A DNA stretch of 57,384 nt from the IMG/VR virus record IMGVR_UViG_3300033233_000011; one strand, 5' to 3'. This DNA is from an uncultured virus (IMG/VR IMGVR_UViG_3300033233_000011). Lineage: Duplodnaviria > Heunggongvirae > Uroviricota > Caudoviricetes. Below, one piece after another: positions 9,470 through 18,137 of this stretch. A program made the translations under genes and the position numbers. The notes under the pieces were generated by a model. That model had not been told where the DNA came from. It saw only the letters and a list, made by a program, of their open reading frames with translations, and made no database searches. Numbering within the stretch: position 1 is the first letter of the stretch; the number at the start of each line of letters is the position of its first letter.

Positions 9470-9913
9470 CTACCGATGATGCAGAACGGGGAGCTTCTTG
9501 TTGATGAAGTCCATCTCGTACTCTGACAAGTCCATACCGTCCTCGCGCTCGATCCAGAGGCTGTACGAAGTATTCGCGCCGGTACGGTAGTTCTCTTCCC
9601 CTTCGCTGACGATCCAGTCGTGCCTGCCCCGCGGACGCGACGACGACCACTCCAGCCACGTGTGATCGCGCACGACGCGGATCAGATCTTCGAGCGTGCC
9701 GTACTGCTCGCTCTTCTTTTCAATCCAGCCGCGCTCATCGGCATCGCCCTGCTCGGCGCTCTCGGGCGTCACGATCTCGTACGCCATCTTGTACCGGTAG
9801 CCGCCGTAGTCGGTCCAAGCATTGCGTCGCTCCTCGGGCATGTCTTCGAGGTCGTCCTCGGTGAGGATGGCGAGGCGCGGAGAGTTCGGATTCGAGAAGC
9901 GCGCGTAGTTCAC
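9470..9913 (-). CDS. RFSNP-tagged acidic hypothetical protein
   Basis: GTG 9913 overlaps the upstream stop; starts MNYARFSNPNS. Confidence 0.7.
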   Translation of the reverse strand: MNYARFSNPNSPRLAILTEDDLEDMPEERRNAWTDYGGYRYKMAYEIVTPESAEQGDADERGWIEKKSEQYGTLEDLIRVVRDHTWLEWSSSRPRGRHDWIVSEGEENYRTGANTSYSLWIEREDGMDLSEYEMDFINKKLPVLHHR

Positions 9914-10401
9914 GCGGCCCTCCGGACGATCTGCTTCGAAGTGATCCGGATCGCGTTGAACCTCTGGTTCGCCCGATGCGGCCCGAGCGCCCGTTCCTGC
10001 TCGACGATCTTCCTGCGCTGCTGCGTCGTCGGAGCGAACGAGAGCACGTACTTGCCGAACCGGAACAGGTGCGCCTCGCGCCCGTCGAGCGTCACTCGCT
10101 CGATGCTCTCGGGTGCGTCGAGACGCACCTCGTACTGGACCTTCTCGCCGGGAATGAATCCGTGCCAGGGATTGGACTGCTTGGTCGCCTCGGCGCCGCT
10201 CGGGTTCTCGACCCGCAGGTCCTTCTTCTTGACGAACAGCTTCTCGCCGTCGTCGAGCTTCACCCACGCGCCGCCGTAGACGATCTGCTCGACGCACCCA
10301 TGAGCGTGGTGCTTCTCGTCCACCATGAACCGGACCTGCTTGCCGGGCGCCATCGGGTGCGCGTCGCAGGCGTGCGGGTTCGAGAAGCGGGCGAAGTCCA
10401 T
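9910..10401 (-). CDS. RFSNP-tagged protein with small beta-barrel-like segments separated by NP motifs
   Basis: Starts MDFARFSNPH; internal RVENPS and KQSNPW. Confidence 0.7.
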   Translation of the reverse strand: MDFARFSNPHACDAHPMAPGKQVRFMVDEKHHAHGCVEQIVYGGAWVKLDDGEKLFVKKKDLRVENPSGAEATKQSNPWHGFIPGEKVQYEVRLDAPESIERVTLDGREAHLFRFGKYVLSFAPTTQQRRKIVEQERALGPHRANQRFNAIRITSKQIVRRAA

Positions 10402-10811
10402 CAGTCCCACCACGCGCGGATCTTGCCGTTTCGAAAATCCAACTCGTCGGGCCCTCTACTCTTGAGGATCGCCATCAGCGCCGCCTTCTTGCCCTTCTTC
10501 GGCGTGACGAGCAGCGTCGCCGCGTAGGGGCCGCAGTCGCGGGCGATGCGCCTCGGCTCCTTGTAGATCCCCGAGATCGTGACCCTGCTCGCGCCGGCTT
10601 GGTACAGGTCTTCGACGTGGCGAGCGATCTCACTCTTCGAAAAGGCCTCGCCCGCGAACGGGTACTGGTTCTCGTTGTCCCGGAGCCACGCTCGCGCCTC
10701 GGTCGAGGCCGGCACGCGCGACGGCTTGCAGTCGGCTTCTTCTTTCTGCTGTGCGGGCCGCGCCGCGGCCGACGGCTTCAAGAAGCTGAAGAGCTGGTCG
10801 AGGAACGACAT
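10401..10811 (-). CDS. Hypothetical protein
   Basis: 136 aa, coupled to both neighbours. Confidence 0.65.
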   Translation of the reverse strand: MSFLDQLFSFLKPSAAARPAQQKEEADCKPSRVPASTEARAWLRDNENQYPFAGEAFSKSEIARHVEDLYQAGASRVTISGIYKEPRRIARDCGPYAATLLVTPKKGKKAALMAILKSRGPDELDFRNGKIRAWWD

Positions 10812-11035
10812 CAGACCCGATCCGAGAGCGTGCGCCGCAAGAGCCCCGTCTGGTACGGATCGCCCTCCAGCCGGTCGTACAAGTAGACGACCACCGCCAG
10901 CGCCCGCTTCTTCGGCAGGAGGTCGAGCTTCTGGATCGCGTACGAGCGGTTGCCGTTCCGCCAGTCCTCGGCCAACTCGTCGGCGAGACGCGAGGCGCTG
11001 AAACCGTGCGGGTTCGAGAAGCGCGCGTAGGTCAT
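10811..11035 (-). CDS. RFSNP-tagged small protein
   Basis: Starts MTYARFSNPH at ATG 11035. Confidence 0.65.
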   Translation of the reverse strand: MTYARFSNPHGFSASRLADELAEDWRNGNRSYAIQKLDLLPKKRALAVVVYLYDRLEGDPYQTGLLRRTLSDRV

Positions 11036-11045
11036 CGCTGGCATC

Positions 11046-11630
11046 CTACCCGATCCACTCAAAGACGCGAAGCCCGAGCCCGTGCACCGTCCCCGCGGGC
11101 GTCAGCCGGCGCCACGTCCCGTCCGGCCCGACCTGGAACGTGACCGGGCTGCCCGCGGCCTCGCCCGCGCCGGCCCACTCGATCCACGCGCCGCCGAGCA
11201 GGATCATCTTCACGTTCTTCCGGGCGAACGGGTTCGACGGGCTCGGGTCGCGCACGAACGCCGTGGAGCCCGCGAACACGTGCAGCGGGTACTCGCCGCC
11301 GAGCGGCGCGCCGGCACCGAGCAGGGCCGCCGCCTCCTCCTCCGTCTCGGGCGCGCGGTCCACGTAGAAGGGCCGGCCGCCCACCGAGGGGCCCTTCATC
11401 GGGTCCGGGAGCTGCGGCCCGGCGTCCACCATGAGGTGCTGCACGCCGGGGTAGCCGCCCACGGGGTTCAGGTCCGTGGGCTTCGCCTGGTACGGCGGCC
11501 GCTTCGGGGGCGGCTCGATGTGGTCCCCGTCGGAAGGCGCCGGAGCAGCGGAGGCCGGCTTCTTCCGACCGACCCACAGCGCCCCGAGAGCCGCTGCGGC
11601 GCCGGCCGCCGCGACCCACCAAGTCTTCAC
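11046..11630 (-). CDS. Membrane-anchored putative virion protein
   Basis: GTG 11630; N-terminal WWVAAAGAAAALGALWVG; ends GLGLRVFEWIG. Confidence 0.65.
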   Translation of the reverse strand: MKTWWVAAAGAAAALGALWVGRKKPASAAPAPSDGDHIEPPPKRPPYQAKPTDLNPVGGYPGVQHLMVDAGPQLPDPMKGPSVGGRPFYVDRAPETEEEAAALLGAGAPLGGEYPLHVFAGSTAFVRDPSPSNPFARKNVKMILLGGAWIEWAGAGEAAGSPVTFQVGPDGTWRRLTPAGTVHGLGLRVFEWIG

Positions 11631-12748
11631 GCAGCCGCCGCTGCCGTGCGCGTCCTGAGGAGTGGCGGGATCACCTGCGCGCCGACGTAGAGCGCCGCCG
11701 CAGCCGCGGCGACCCACAGGACGGTCTTCAGCACGCCGCCGACCTGCTGCGTGATGTCCTCGCCCAGGTTCGACTTCGTCGCGCGTTCGAGATCCGCCTG
11801 GCTCTGCCGGATCGCGCCCTGCATCGCGGCGATCTGCTCGGGCGTGCACGGCGGCTGGCCCGGCTTGTTGCAGCCGAGTTCCATCGCCTTCGCGACGGTC
11901 TGCTCGTGCATCCAGACCTTGATCGCGTCGTGCGCCGAGACGCAGAGGTAGACGGTGGCGAGGGCCACCGCGGTGACGGCGATGATGGCGACGATGGTGA
12001 CGGGCTCGCCGACGCCGGTGCCGTGGACGACCTGGTTGGTGGAAGCAGAGACCACCACCGGCTGCCCGCCGCGATCTTCGAGCCTGAACTCGTCGCCCGG
12101 CAGCGCCCCGATGACGAGCTGGCCGCCGGCGTCGTAGCCGACCTGGCGCTTGCCCGACAGGGCGTCGTCGAGGAAGCTCGTCGCGACTTTCGAGAGCTGC
12201 CGCACGTCGAAGACGCGCTGGTTCTCGTCGGGTGAGAAGCCCTTGCCGATCGCCGCGAGCGTCTGCGTGCTCTGCTCGTAGACGCGCTTCGTAGAGTCCC
12301 AACCCGAGACGAGGTTGTTTCGAAGGGACCCGAAGAGGTCCGTGATCGCCGCGGCCGCGGGGCTCGCCTGCTCCTCGCTCGGCGGCGGAGCCGTGGGGCC
12401 AGACGACGGAGCGCCGCGCGCCTGCACTTCTCCCTGCACGCCCGGCGCGGCTTTCTGGCCGAAGAGTTCCCAGTGCCAGCCGCCCGACCCGCCCTGCCCG
12501 ACGGCCTGCTTCCAGACGAAGATCCCAGCCCAGTCGTACGAGCCTCCCGGCTTGACGTTCGAGTAGAGGACGGACTGCTGGTCGGACAGTTCGTTCCGGT
12601 TGAGCTTGACCGGACCCCAGGCGTAGAGCCGGACCCAGGAGGAGCCCGTCCACTGCCAGCCCTCGAAGAAGTAGTACTTCTTCTCCCAGATGAAATCGCC
12701 GAGGGCGCCGGAGGGCGGGTCGATCCACTCGAAGACGTTGGCGGACAT
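11627..12748 (-). CDS. Putative virion membrane protein (two TM helices)
   Basis: Starts MSANVFEWIDPPSGALG; Trp-rich N-terminal domain; TM segments IVAIIAVTAVALATVYL and VLWVAAAAAALYVGA. Confidence 0.7.
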   Translation of the reverse strand: MSANVFEWIDPPSGALGDFIWEKKYYFFEGWQWTGSSWVRLYAWGPVKLNRNELSDQQSVLYSNVKPGGSYDWAGIFVWKQAVGQGGSGGWHWELFGQKAAPGVQGEVQARGAPSSGPTAPPPSEEQASPAAAAITDLFGSLRNNLVSGWDSTKRVYEQSTQTLAAIGKGFSPDENQRVFDVRQLSKVATSFLDDALSGKRQVGYDAGGQLVIGALPGDEFRLEDRGGQPVVVSASTNQVVHGTGVGEPVTIVAIIAVTAVALATVYLCVSAHDAIKVWMHEQTVAKAMELGCNKPGQPPCTPEQIAAMQGAIRQSQADLERATKSNLGEDITQQVGGVLKTVLWVAAAAAALYVGAQVIPPLLRTRTAAAAA

Positions 12749-12786
12749 CCGAGAGGACGATACACGAGGGGCCCGCCCTCGTCGAG

Positions 12787-13014
12787 TCAAACTGTTTTCG
12801 TCGCGCGCCAGACGTTCCACGCGAACGCGACCGCGTTCAGGACGAAGCCCGCGATCACGACCTTCTCGATGACGGACAGGGACTTCTTCGTGCCGTTGCC
12901 GTTCGGCGGCACGGCGGGCGGGGGCGCGTCGCCCGGGAGCTGGCCGAGCAGGCCCGCCTCGTCGATCCACTCGACGACCGGCTGCGCGGGGATCCACTCG
13001 ACGATGGCGCTCAC
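12787..13014 (-). CDS. Small membrane protein with doubled EW motif
   Basis: GTG 13014; MSAIVEWIPAQPVVEWIDEAGLLG...VVIAGFVLNAVAFAWNVW. Confidence 0.65.
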   Translation of the reverse strand: MSAIVEWIPAQPVVEWIDEAGLLGQLPGDAPPPAVPPNGNGTKKSLSVIEKVVIAGFVLNAVAFAWNVWRATKTV

Positions 13015-13439
13015 CTCGTCCTCCACCAGACGAAGCCGACGATCCCCACCGCGAAGATCCCGAGGGCCCACTCGAACCTGCGCTGGATCTTCTGCACCTC
13101 GGGCTGCACTTCGAGCACCAGGCGCGGGAGTTCTTCTTCGAGCTTCGTCTGCAAGATCGGCCACGCGGAGTCGACGAGGTCCCGGCCGACGACGGGGGCG
13201 TACTGCCGCGCCCTCGTCATCGCGTCGTCGACGAGCGTCGGGACCCAGTAGCGCGCGTACGCCAGCGCGTCGCCGACGAGCGCCTGCGTCGGGAGCGTGA
13301 TCGCCTGGTTCGGGCCGCCGTAGACCTCGACGCCGAGGACCTTCATCACCGGGATGTCCACGAAGTACGTGCGGATCTCGCCGGGACCCGCGCCAAGGCG
13401 GCCGGGCTCGTCGGGGAGCCACTCGACGATCGCGCCCAC
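13011..13439 (-). CDS. Small membrane protein with C-terminal anchor
   Basis: MGAIVEWLPDEPGRLG...FEWALGIFAVGIVGFVWWRTR. Confidence 0.7.
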   Translation of the reverse strand: MGAIVEWLPDEPGRLGAGPGEIRTYFVDIPVMKVLGVEVYGGPNQAITLPTQALVGDALAYARYWVPTLVDDAMTRARQYAPVVGRDLVDSAWPILQTKLEEELPRLVLEVQPEVQKIQRRFEWALGIFAVGIVGFVWWRTR

Positions 13440-13442
13440 AGT

Positions 13443-14954
13443 TCAGCGCCCCCACACGTAGTACGCGACGCCGCCGGCCACCGCGAGCGCGCCGATGACG
13501 AGCGGGGCCTTGGACTTCGAGGAACTGCCGGATCCGGCTTCCATCGACGCCTTCGCCTGAGCCTTCGCCTGAGCCTTCGCCGCCGCCGCGTCGGCCACCA
13601 GCACGACCGCCGCCTTCTTCTTCATGGCCTCCAGCGACACGAGCCAGGCGATCCCCTGCTGCATGACGTCGGCGAAAGGCTGGCGCTGCGCGCCGAACCA
13701 CCATTTGTAGAGCGGCGGCACTCCGAGGCAAGCATCACGCGCGGCTACGGCCCCGTCGCGCCCCGCCTGCACGGTACTGCACTGACCGACCGCGTACGTC
13801 TTCAGGCCAAGTTGCACGAGCAACGTCCGCATGTCGAGCACGTTCAGGCGCCCGGCGTTGAGCTTGCCGGCGAGCTTCAGGAGGTCGTGATCGATCTGGT
13901 CCGCTCGCTCGTAGAGAGTAGCTTCCAGCTTCCTCACGGCGGCGTTCTGCTCCCAGTACTGCGCCTCCTCCGCAGCCCGTCGCGCCCTCTCCTGCTCCGC
14001 GGAGTCGTCGCCGAACAAGCTGCTCCAGACATCCGCGAAAAAATCGAAGATCGGGCCGGCGAGGTTGGCCGCCGCGCTCGAACAGATGTCGACGGCGACC
14101 GGACCGCCCTCCGCGCAGAACGCGCCGGCGGCGGCCCCCGCCGCGGCTTGCGCGCAGGAGCGCAACTCGGCGCGGCTCGTGCCCTTGCAGTTCTGCGCCG
14201 CGTCGATGGCGGCGTTCGACGTCGCAACCCCGAGCCACTCGACCCTCGTGTCCTCGGGCCCCGCGAGCCACGTGAACACGGGCCGCTCGTCCTCGGGGAT
14301 CCCATTCACGCCGACGAACATGCCCTTGGTGACGAAGCCGGACTTGTCCGGGTCCCACTTCGTCGGGTCGTTCCGGAGGCACACGTCGTCGTCGCAGCGG
14401 ACCTTCATGTCGGGCAGCGAGATGATCCGCTCGCGGGTGAAGTCCACGCACTTGCTGAGAGGAAAGTCGGTGGAAGGATCCGCGTAGTGCCAGCGCTTGC
14501 CGACGCGGACCGCGCACAAGACGTGCTCGATGTTCTTCTTCTTGTCGTAGGCATGGCCGACCACGAGCGTGTAGAGACCGACGGACATGAAGCACGACGG
14601 CAGCAAAATGGTTACGTCGTCGCAGTCCCCGCCCAAGAAACAGATCTCGTCCTTCGTGCTCCGGTCGCACGCCATCAAGTGAGCACCCGTCATGAACTCG
14701 GTGCCGACCGGATCCGGCGTCCAGAGCTTCCTCTGCACCGCACGCAGAAGGATCTCGGCGCGCTCGCGCTCCGTGTTCGCCTTCCGGCCTTCCTCACGCC
14801 GCGCGCGCTCCAGGCACTCAATGGCCCACGCCCGGACCTTCGGGCTCTGGTAGCCCTCGACAACCTTCTTGGCCACCTCCTCCAAGCTGAGGCGCACCCC
14901 GGCCTCTCCCCAAGGATGCTCTCGCTTCTCGATCTTCAACTCCTGCCCGAGCAC
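13443..14954 (-). CDS. Transglutaminase-like Cys-His-Asp protein (candidate maturation protease) with C-terminal TM anchor
   Basis: GDCDD...EHVLCAV...WHYADPS triad pattern; C-terminal LVIGALAVAGGVAYYVW. Confidence 0.75.
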   Translation of the reverse strand: MLGQELKIEKREHPWGEAGVRLSLEEVAKKVVEGYQSPKVRAWAIECLERARREEGRKANTERERAEILLRAVQRKLWTPDPVGTEFMTGAHLMACDRSTKDEICFLGGDCDDVTILLPSCFMSVGLYTLVVGHAYDKKKNIEHVLCAVRVGKRWHYADPSTDFPLSKCVDFTRERIISLPDMKVRCDDDVCLRNDPTKWDPDKSGFVTKGMFVGVNGIPEDERPVFTWLAGPEDTRVEWLGVATSNAAIDAAQNCKGTSRAELRSCAQAAAGAAAGAFCAEGGPVAVDICSSAAANLAGPIFDFFADVWSSLFGDDSAEQERARRAAEEAQYWEQNAAVRKLEATLYERADQIDHDLLKLAGKLNAGRLNVLDMRTLLVQLGLKTYAVGQCSTVQAGRDGAVAARDACLGVPPLYKWWFGAQRQPFADVMQQGIAWLVSLEAMKKKAAVVLVADAAAAKAQAKAQAKASMEAGSGSSSKSKAPLVIGALAVAGGVAYYVWGR

Positions 14955-14999
14955 GACGGGCAGCTTACGTCAACGGGACGCTCAGCGGAAGCCGGGCTT

Positions 15000-15275
15000 T
15001 CAGCGCCGACCGCGAGGCGCATGTTCCTGCGGCCCGCCCGCCTCGACGTGCGGAGCCAACTGCGGCGCCTGCGAGCGCTTGACCAGCGCCACGCGCTGCT
15101 CGTCGAACCAGAGCGACTCGCGCACACCGCCCTCCTTCGTTGGGTGCTCCGGGCAGATCAGGATCTGCGAGCAGCCGTACAGGTAGGCCGCGTGCCCGGT
15201 CGCGATCCCCTCGTAGCCCGAGATCGCGTCGCGCACCCGGTCACCCAGCGTCACCACCTCGAATTTTTTCGTCAC
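15000..15275 (-). CDS. Small phage-type hypothetical protein
   Basis: GTG 15275; LGDRVRDAISGYEGIATG...YGC...WFDEQR pattern. Confidence 0.6.
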   Translation of the reverse strand: MTKKFEVVTLGDRVRDAISGYEGIATGHAAYLYGCSQILICPEHPTKEGGVRESLWFDEQRVALVKRSQAPQLAPHVEAGGPQEHAPRGRR

Positions 15276-15286
15276 GTCTTTTCCTT

Positions 15287-15505
15287 TCAGCGGAAGCCGG
15301 CCGCCGCCTTCTCGAAGATCTTCGGGTCGAAGCTCGGCGCCGACCGGATCCGGTCCCACAGCTCCGCGCTCTCCGCCGCCCAGGCCGCGTGTGCGGCCGC
15401 AACGGGACAAGCCTCCGCGTGGTCCCACGCCCACGGCCGCTTCGGGCACGTGCACGCCGCCCCGAGCCGCGCGGCGTACTCCTCGAAGCTCTCCGCGAAG
15501 CTCAC
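15287..15505 (-). CDS. Hypothetical protein
   Basis: GTG overlaps the upstream stop; CTC...H..ACP. Confidence 0.5.
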   Translation of the reverse strand: MSFAESFEEYAARLGAACTCPKRPWAWDHAEACPVAAAHAAWAAESAELWDRIRSAPSFDPKIFEKAAAGFR

Positions 15506-15732
15506 CGGCCAGCGTTCTCCCGAACGCAGCGCGCGCACGGCTTCCCCTCGCCCGGCGCCTCGGCCCCGCAGCCCTCGCACAGGCCCATCGCGCGGCGGAT
15601 CTTCTGCATCGCGCGCAGCTCGACGAGCCGGACGCCCTGCCTTGTGATCCCAACGCGGCGGGCGACGGCGCGCTGGCCCTGATCGCCGCCGCGACCAGCA
15701 TAGACGACGCGCGCGGCGTTCGAGGCGCTCAC
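15502..15732 (-). CDS. Sigma70 region-4-like HTH protein with C-terminal CxxC...CxxC
   Basis: QRAVARRVGITRQGVRLVELRAMQKIR. Confidence 0.55.
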   Translation of the reverse strand: MSASNAARVVYAGRGGDQGQRAVARRVGITRQGVRLVELRAMQKIRRAMGLCEGCGAEAPGEGKPCARCVRENAGR

Positions 15733-16088
15733 CGAGATCCCCGTAACCGGAAGCGGCGAGGCGCCGGGCTCGCGACGGTGGCCTTCGCCCACGCGACGAG
15801 GCCGCGGGCGCAGGCGTCAAGGGCACGCCCGTACTTCTTCCAGAGCGTGCGAGAGGCCCGAGTAGGTCCGTACCCGTACTTCGGGCGAGCGCTGACCCGT
15901 TCCCGCTTCTGGATCTCGTCGCGCGTCTCGGCGAGCGCAACGATCGACCGGGCAACGCCGACGAGCGCGCGGTCGGCCTCCCGCGACAGTTTCACCCTGC
16001 GCCCCCAGTCCCGCATCCGCTTCTTCTGCGCGGCCGAGAACGGACGCTTGCTGATGACGAGCCGCCGGTGCTTCGCGTGTCGCTTCAC
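15729..16088 (-). CDS. Basic hypothetical protein
   Basis: GTG 16088 overlaps the upstream stop. Confidence 0.5.
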   Translation of the reverse strand: MKRHAKHRRLVISKRPFSAAQKKRMRDWGRRVKLSREADRALVGVARSIVALAETRDEIQKRERVSARPKYGYGPTRASRTLWKKYGRALDACARGLVAWAKATVASPAPRRFRLRGSR

Positions 16089-17818
16089 TGCACGACCTCG
16101 ACCGGCGGCGCGGGCTCGGGCTCCGGCTCGACCTGCACCGACTCGAACACGATGTTGGTCGCGACCTGCAACGGCGGAGCGGGCGCGGGCGCGACGGGGG
16201 GCGGAGCGACGTACTGCTGCTGAGGCTGCTGCGGCTGCTGCGCCACGAACTGCTGCACGGGCGGCGGCTGAGCCGGGGACTGTGCCACCTTCAGGCGCTC
16301 GGTCGCGACGGCGGCCTCGGTCAGGGCCCTGGCCGCGCGCTCCGTGTCCACGATCTTCTGCTGCCGCGCCTGGGCCTGGTGGTCGGCCATCTTCTGCTGG
16401 TCCTCGCCCCGCTTGTCGAGGGCCTTGGTCACCTTCTCGAACATGTTCGAGACGAAGTCGGCGGCCTTGCCCGCGTTGAAGGCGGCGACCGTGTACGGGT
16501 CGCGCTGCCACTTGCCGTCGACGGCCACGAGGGTCAGGGGACCGGCCTCCCGGACCTGCACCGGGAAGTCGTCCTTCTCCTTGGGCGGTTCGGGGGCGGG
16601 TGGAGGATCGTCCTTCTCGGGCGGCGAGAACTCGCTCGCGACTTCTTTTCCCATCCGCATCATCTCGCGCACGACACCGAAGGACTCCCGGGCCTGGACG
16701 ACCGGATTCACGGGAGCGACGGGTGGCGCCGCAGGCTGCTGCGCCTGAGCAGGCGGCGGCGCCGCGAGCCAGTTCCACTGCCGGCCATCGAACTGGTGAC
16801 CGTTGACGATGTCGCCAGGTCGGTAGATCGGCTGAGGCTGAGGCTGGACGGGCTGCTGCACGGGAGCCGGCGCGGGCGCCGCGGGCGCGGGCTGCGCCGC
16901 CACTCCCGTCGCGCGCCGTTCGAGATCCGCCATGCGCTGGTCGAGGCTCCGGTTCACCTCCTCGGCCCGCGCGGCCCGGGCGTTCGCCGCAGACAGCTCG
17001 TTCACCAGGCGCATCGTCAGGTCGTTGTCCGGCGGGGGAGCCTGCGGCGGCGGGGGGGGCTGGTACGGCGCCGGAGCCGTGGGCTGCACGATCACCTGCG
17101 GCGGGGGCGGCTGCGGCTGCTGGTACTGCGGCTGCGGCTGCACCTGTGGCGGAGCCGCGGGCGGTTGTGGCTGCTGCGCGCCGAGCCAGTTCCACTGCCG
17201 GCCGTCGAACTGGTAGCCGTTGACGACGTCGCCCGGCCGGTAACCCGGCGGCTGGGGCTGCTGCTGGTAGCCGGGTCCGTAGCCGCCGCTCGGTGGTTGC
17301 ATCGGTCTCTCCTCGTCCGCGAGCGCGGATCCGTTCTTCCTCTCCGCCCACCGCGGGTCGGCGCGGAACTTGATCTGCCCGGTGGTCCAGCGCCGGCTCT
17401 CCTCGTAGATTTCCCACTTGTACGTCGCGTCCTCGCCGCGCCAGTGCACGTCGCGCACGTAGGCGATGATCTCGTCGTAGTCGCGGAAGCTCTGGAGCAG
17501 CCGAGCCGGGATGTTCTCGTCCTCGACGGGCAGGATCTGCGTGAAGCGCACGCGGCTGCTCGGGTAGAGCTGCTTGGCCTGCCGGAAGCGCGTCGGGTAG
17601 TCCGCGTTCAGGCGGACCTCCTTCTCGCCCGACAGGCGCCGCCCGACCTCCGACTCGGCCGAGTCGTTGATCCGCGCGCTCTCGTCGTCCAGGGCCTTGC
17701 CGCGCGCCTTGGAGATCGGCACGGGCCGGCCCGGATCCTCGCCGCCGCCCGCGGCGAGCGGGACGCTCGGGGCGGGCTCGCCGGCAGCGCCGTTCGGGTT
17801 GGTCTTGCGACGCGGCAT
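16085..17818 (-). CDS. Pro/Gln-rich coiled-coil protein with a duplicated 20-aa motif
   Basis: 577 aa; YRPGD[V/I]VNG[Y/H]QFDGRQWNWL occurs twice; starts MPRRKTNPNG. Confidence 0.75.
   Translation of the reverse strand: MPRRKTNPNGAAGEPAPSVPLAAGGGEDPGRPVPISKARGKALDDESARINDSAESEVGRRLSGEKEVRLNADYPTRFRQAKQLYPSSRVRFTQILPVEDENIPARLLQSFRDYDEIIAYVRDVHWRGEDATYKWEIYEESRRWTTGQIKFRADPRWAERKNGSALADEERPMQPPSGGYGPGYQQQPQPPGYRPGDVVNGYQFDGRQWNWLGAQQPQPPAAPPQVQPQPQYQQPQPPPPQVIVQPTAPAPYQPPPPPQAPPPDNDLTMRLVNELSAANARAARAEEVNRSLDQRMADLERRATGVAAQPAPAAPAPAPVQQPVQPQPQPIYRPGDIVNGHQFDGRQWNWLAAPPPAQAQQPAAPPVAPVNPVVQARESFGVVREMMRMGKEVASEFSPPEKDDPPPAPEPPKEKDDFPVQVREAGPLTLVAVDGKWQRDPYTVAAFNAGKAADFVSNMFEKVTKALDKRGEDQQKMADHQAQARQQKIVDTERAARALTEAAVATERLKVAQSPAQPPPVQQFVAQQPQQPQQQYVAPPPVAPAPAPPLQVATNIVFESVQVEPEPEPAPPVEVVQ
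16766..17243. repeat. Imperfect direct repeat of about 60 bp (16766-16826 and 17183-17243) within a CDS
   Basis: GAGCCAGTTCCACTGCCGGCCRTCGAACTGGT...GTTGACGAYGTCGCC present twice. Confidence 0.85.
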
Positions 17819-17820
17819 CG

Positions 17821-18135
17821 CTACGTGACGACCGGCTCGTCGGCCGCGATGAGCGCCGGGGTCCGGGCGCTGAGCGTCTGGCAGTAGATCCCCCGCGTCG
17901 CCGACTTCTTGTCGTCGGGGGTCGGGTAGAGCGACTCGCCGAACGGCAGGACCGTGAGCGCGATGGTCCGGACCGCCTCGTTCGTGCCCGCGACCGTCAC
18001 GTCGGTGGAGATGCTCATGCCGAGGATGTCGAGTTCGCCCTGGTCGAACGGGACGGCACCGAAGAGCGTCACGAACGCGGCGAGCGGGACGAGGCCGGGC
18101 TTGGCGCGGTAGACGAGGGTGACGGTGGCGGGCAT
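17821..18135 (-). CDS. Hypothetical protein
   Basis: 104 aa, operon context. Confidence 0.65.
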   Translation of the reverse strand: MPATVTLVYRAKPGLVPLAAFVTLFGAVPFDQGELDILGMSISTDVTVAGTNEAVRTIALTVLPFGESLYPTPDDKKSATRGIYCQTLSARTPALIAADEPVVT

Positions 18136-18137
18136 CT

